Part shown: piece after piece, positions 58,600-64,000 of the stretch
Layout: every line of letters starts with the position of its first letter
Position numbering within the stretch: position 1 is the stretch's first letter
Made by a program: the position numbers and the translations under genes
Origin: Nageia nagi
Lineage: Eukaryota; Plantae; Pinophyta
Length of the DNA: 64,000 bases
Direction of reading: 5' to 3'
Assembly (NCBI GenBank): GCA_050084985.1
Contig: JBITNC010000001.1
Span: 144,212,001-144,276,000 of the forward strand
Notes under the pieces: model-generated
Database searches by the model: none
Told to the model about the DNA's origin: nothing
What the model saw: the letters and a program-made list of their open reading frames with translations, nothing else

Positions 58600-60966
58600 A
58601 TTCTCCAAGTCATTAAAGAAATTCCATAGTTAAACAAACTCATAAAAGAATCATGTCTTAAGAGAGGAGGAATAAAGGGAAAACATAACCTCCTACCATT
58701 TAGGTAGATGGGAAGGTTATTTATTTTTTGGTTTTTCAATTAGTAGTTTCAAAATATGGATATATTAAGACACTTATGGTCTTTATATCTTTTGGAACAA
58801 CCAAAATACCCAATTTTTTGATAAACTTAAAGGCTACAATTAATATTATGACTAGTGATATGTTAAAATAATTAGCATTGATAAACATTTGACTTACTAA
58901 TGCACTTAATATGGCTAATAGGGTTGTAACAAAGCTATAAGGAATAATAGAAGATATCCCAATAGTAATATAATCTTAGGAATACATGGTTGACTTTATG
59001 GTCATAAAACTAACAACATAACAAGATAGATTTTCAATTAATCTAAGTAGACTTTGGTTAATAAAATAAATTATCATTATACCCACTGACTCACCCTACA
59101 TTATCACATACAAGAAACTTGTGGATAGATGAACTATATGTAGATGAATAGGTAAAAATTGCAACTCTAGCCATCATTATAGGTAAAGAACATGTGAAGT
59201 ATAGAATTTGGAATTGAATAAATAGAACAAGATGAGATTATTCCTTTCATATAAGAATTGAATTTCAATATTTCCCATGAAGTACAACCTCAATTCATGT
59301 CTTTATTTAAATGTAATCTAACTTACATTATTCCTATAGGAGAGGTATTTCATAAAAGAACTAAAATCTATCACTTACTCTTTTCCCATAAATTCTCATT
59401 AGTTTAATAGATCAATCAATCAAACTCCATTGATAAAATAAGTAAATAACTTGAAGTACAACTAGAGAAATTCCTCAACATTAATAGTTGGTTAACCTAT
59501 GAAGAAGAATAAAAAGTATACAATGTATTAAAAGCACAATATGAGTCATGTACCTAGGATTACTTAGACATGAAAGGTATTCCTCTCAATATATGAACCC
59601 ACCATATGTATATTTATGATACAAGACTTGTTTGATAACCACCAAGATTACTAAATCCAACATTAAATCACATTGTTAAAATAGAAATAGAAACATTACT
59701 CTAGGTTGATTTTATCTATCCTATTTCTAATAGTAAATGGGTTTCACCATTGGTGGTTGTACCAAAGAAAAATGGTAAATGATGAGGGTGTGTTGATTAT
59801 AAAGCCCTTAATAAAGACACACATAAGGATCACTTCCATTTCCATTTATTGATCAAGTCTTAAATACTTTGGCATGATAGAAGTATTTCTCTTTTCTAGA
59901 TGGATTTAGTTGTTAACATTATATTCAAATCGCTAAGGAGGATCAAGATAAGACCACATTCACATGTCCTTAGGGTGAATTTTCTCATAAATTTCTTCCT
60001 TATTAACTTTGTAATGCCCTTACTAATTTTCAAGAAGTTGTCCTAGTAATTTTTGTTGATCTAGATCATGAATGTGTAGAGGTATATATAGATAATTTCA
60101 TAGTGTATGATGATACTTTTGATGAAGAACTAAATAATCTAGAAAAGTATTAATTAGGTGTTGAAAACATAATCTTTCTCTCAACCATGAGAAATTAATT
60201 ATGCTCATGTCTAAAGGAATTATGTTAGGACACCATATTTTAGCTTAAGGAATCAAGGTACACCACAACAAATTTGAAGCCATCAAATAATTACCAACTC
60301 CAACAAACCAAAATGATGTACAATGTTTTATGTGGCATGCAAGGTATTATAAAATATTTATTACAAAAAAATAGTAAGTTTGCATCTCCCCTATTTATTT
60401 TTCTTCAGAAAGAACCTTAATTCGAGTGGAATGCACATTGTGAAATAAAATTCAACATCATTAAAGAGAAGTTGATAATCGCACTAGTCTTACAAGGGTA
60501 TAATTGGGAGTTTCTATTCCATATACATATTTATGCTTCCAACACTACTATTGGAGTAGTTTTGGGTCAAGAAGAGTAAGTTTAGTCTAACTATGCAATT
60601 TATTACATCAATAAAAATTTGGGTGGAGTTGAAAGAAACTATACAATAATAATAATAAAAAGAATCCTTGGAATTAGTTTATGCCATCAATAAGTTCAAA
60701 TATTATATAACTCGTTATAAATTTTTCTTCCATACCAACCATGAAAACATAAAATATTTGATGAATAAACCAATTGTGAGTGGATAAAGTATAATATGGT
60801 TATTATTACTCCAAGAATTTGATATAACTATTCTTAGCAAACTAGGTAAGACTAATGTGGTTATTGATTTTATATCTAGATTACATTTCCCTATGGAGTA
60901 CATTAAGCTTATACAAGATTCCTTCCTATATGAAACACTATTTTCTATATTTGTTGAAACTCCTTG
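58600..60966 (+). pseudogene. Decayed Ty3/gypsy (Athila-like) pol: protease, RT, RNase H
   Basis: LINLKATINIM protease relic; IYPISNSKWVSPLVVVPKKNGK, KYFSFLDGFS, EDQDKTTFTCP, VEVYIDNF; FHTNH..IKYLMNK..WLLLLQEFDITI. Cut at ~60967 by LTR-like sequence. Confidence 0.9.
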
Positions 60967-62049
60967 TGATGAGTATCAATTCATAATTTACTTTATCATA
61001 TCCTAGGTTAGTGTACTAAGGCTATATGTAGTTGATACTTTGATCTAAATATTATGGATATAATGAAAATAATAACTTATACCAAAAAGAAATTGGACTC
61101 TTTCAAAGAAATCATACATACTCACACTCAAATTTGAACAAATGTTATAGTACAAAATATCAAATACTGAATACAACAATAAAGATTAGAGATTATAGTT
61201 GATCAGAGTGGGCCCTCCTCCTTCCAATAGAGCTTATGAATAGAACTTTAGAAACATAGGATAAAAGATGCTTATATTAACTTCTTTATAAAGTAAAAAA
61301 TATACAATCTTCAAGTAAACTACATAGTTTTTCAATTCATAATGGTTACTAGCTAGCCTTCTTCTGAAGGAAGAAGGTCAATTCATTCTAATAACTCTAA
61401 CAAACTCTTAAATGCTAATTGATTACATTCCTATGACTCATAGGTTTATTTGAAGTAGAATCCTAATTTAGCATATGACTTGCTTATATATGTACAAAGA
61501 AATGATTAAGTAAATATCCACCTTACTAATAAATTTTCAAACTTAGTCAACCTCAAATCTTTCTTTGTATGTCCTTTATTTTCCCCTTCTTCAAGTTCGA
61601 TGATTATCCTTTCAGATCATCATCTTAAAATCTATTACAATATTTTGCTAAAATTGTGGAGTATTAATAGAAAATGACACCTGGGAAATACAACACTTTA
61701 TGCGAACATGTTTTATTTTTGAATCTTTTGATTAAAGAGATTCTAAATTCATCCCTTTAAAACATATTTTGAAGTTGGTCCTATTAGTTAATTCTGGAGC
61801 TCAAACATTTTGAATTTATCTTTGAATTTTTCCCATCCAAAACTAATTTTGAATTTTTTTTTTACTTAAACCATATTATTATTACTTGATGAAAAATATG
61901 AACATTCAACATTCAAATATAATACTAATAATTAACAACATCTAATAAACGTAGATAAAAGAAAATATGTATTTACTTCTAAATATAACAATCATATAAG
62001 ATAAAACATAAGAATAATGTCTCATAATGTTCCAAGAAACAAAATACAT

Positions 62050-64000
62050 TTATAGAGAAATAACAAAAAGGATCTCATTTCTCACCTCATCATTGGGACC
62101 ACTTACTCATCTTCATCTTCCTCCTCAATTTCATTATATTGTATTGCATTTTTTGGGTCATTAGAGAATTTCATCAATTGATTCAAATCATAGGGTTGTA
62201 TTTTCTCATGTATATGTTGGCTCGTACCTACAGGTAACTTAATATTTTGAGCAAACTAATCAGGTTTATGTTATGGATATCATAGCCCTATGTGGTTCTG
62301 ATCCCTAACATCCATGCTCTAAAGCCCAAATCATCTTGAATCTAAAAATCTCCCAATGTTGGTGTTGGATGCAAAATTACAGGAGGTCTATACCACTGGC
62401 CATACGAATTCAAGAGATTATCCCTAATGTATATAATAAATGCTTCAACTCTTCTTCTGCTACAATTCAAGTTCCTCATATTGATTATTTCCACCTCTTT
62501 ATACTCTTATGTTTGCATATTCCACCTAATTGTACATGCTTGTAAAACCCTTTCAAAGTTCCTATCAATACTATTATGGCAATCTTGTAAATAAATTTGA
62601 AGCATAACCTTGTAACTCTCTAGACTATTATTTCTAGTGAGAACTATTTTAAAGCTAGCTTATGCTATTCTAGAATATATGGGTTGCTAACAAATAAAGA
62701 AAGTATCTTGAGAAGTTTTTTATCTGTATTCCTCTATGTTCTTGGCCCATTAGATCTGATTTAGGAGAATTGATACAAAGGCCTATAACTAGATGTCCCA
62801 AATGTACAAATAGGGGAAAAACCTTATATTTCCATTCAACATAAAATTATGCATGTAAAATTTACACAACAAAACTTTTTTCTCCCCTCACTTAGAATAA
62901 ACAAAAAGAAACAACTTATCATCATCAATATTGTAAGGAAGACCCTATTTAACCCTACCAACTTGCCATTTGAGGAATTGTTCCTTTAAATACATATTGT
63001 ATAAAATTGAAGATTGTTTCAATTGTACCACATCTTCGAATATGTCACAAAGATCTATTATAGCCTTATTAATTAAATGCACATCCCTAACCTCTTTCCT
63101 AGGTATTATGAGTTCTTCATAATGTTTTTCATGTATGTTGGCCAATTGTGTTGTTAGCTCTATATTCTGAAGTTTTAAATTTTCAAATTCCTTTTGTTAT
63201 CTTGCAAGTGCCTTTGATATTTATTCATTAATAATATCATCCTCACCTACAACGAGATGAGTCAATTTCACATTCTAAAGTTGAACCTTTAATTCCTTAG
63301 TTGCCTTCTATTTTCCTTCAAGTTCTAATTTTTTTAAGGTTAGATTTTTGCATTGTCTAACTAATTTATCATTCTTAATCTTGAATTTATTTTCCTCAGT
63401 ATTCATTTTTGCATTTTTCTCTTTCAAAAATTGAATCTTGGACATGATTTCATGAACTAGCATCTCATATTCTTTTGTCAATTGTCCAACTGTATCTATG
63501 ATCATTTGGATAGAGTTTGGTTCTTCCTTAGTTCATTTTTTTGGGTATTAGTTTCTTCTTCTTGCATAAAAAATTATTCCATTTTTTCATTCTAATTATA
63601 GGGTTCATCATACTCTTCTTCTAAGTATATCAATTATTTTGGGATTTCAAGGGTTGTAAAATAGCTAGAGTCCTCTTTTGAAGTTTCTTTACTACACTAT
63701 CTCTTAATTAGAGGTGTTGATGTTTGAGCCACTTCCTTCTCCCTTAACCATGTATATCTCCTCCTAAATGTCATGAAAAAGTATAACTTATCTTCATTAC
63801 TCAAATTTATAATCTTTTCAATCTTTGAATCCTTACCTCTTTCAAACTTCCTGTTATCACCACTACAAATAGAGGTTGAGTGGGATGCTGAAGGGTCTTT
63901 AGAAACAACCTCCTTATGTTGTGGTTGTTTAGAATACTTAGGTGATTCTATATTTTACTCTTCATTATCATCCATTTCTGAGGAATTAGAATGGTCCTCA
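62050..64000 (-). other. Decayed retroelement-associated coiled-coil ORF relics
   Basis: K/E-rich heptad-like ORFs 62945-63145 and 63308-63505; no identifiable domain. Confidence 0.35.

Overview
AT-rich plant nuclear DNA, probably gymnosperm. This is inferred from the PROT-aRH-RT Tat element, the ZNF862-like hAT and the 'QMQL.GVKP'-type PLS-PPR relics. The window holds one intact host gene: the 10-exon 26S proteasome ATPase RPT4 (minus strand, 22892-30547, 398 aa). It is surrounded by decayed, nested transposons. At left is a four-level Ty1/copia nest (Z > A > B > solo LTR) resolved by target-site duplications, followed by a Tat-type Ty3/gypsy relic. At right are a hAT relic, further copia elements (D, and C, a sister of B), Athila-like gypsy pol and two PPR pseudogene fragments. 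The main observation concerns the long 5' leader of copia B. It carries, antisense, a CpG-retaining captured piece of the host TATA-binding protein (TBP) gene (upstream DNA, first coding exon and intron donor) next to a Helitron-like insert. Sister copy C has unrelated sequence between the same flanks, which suggests a variable cargo slot in this LTR family. All comparisons were made by eye; no alignments or database searches were run.
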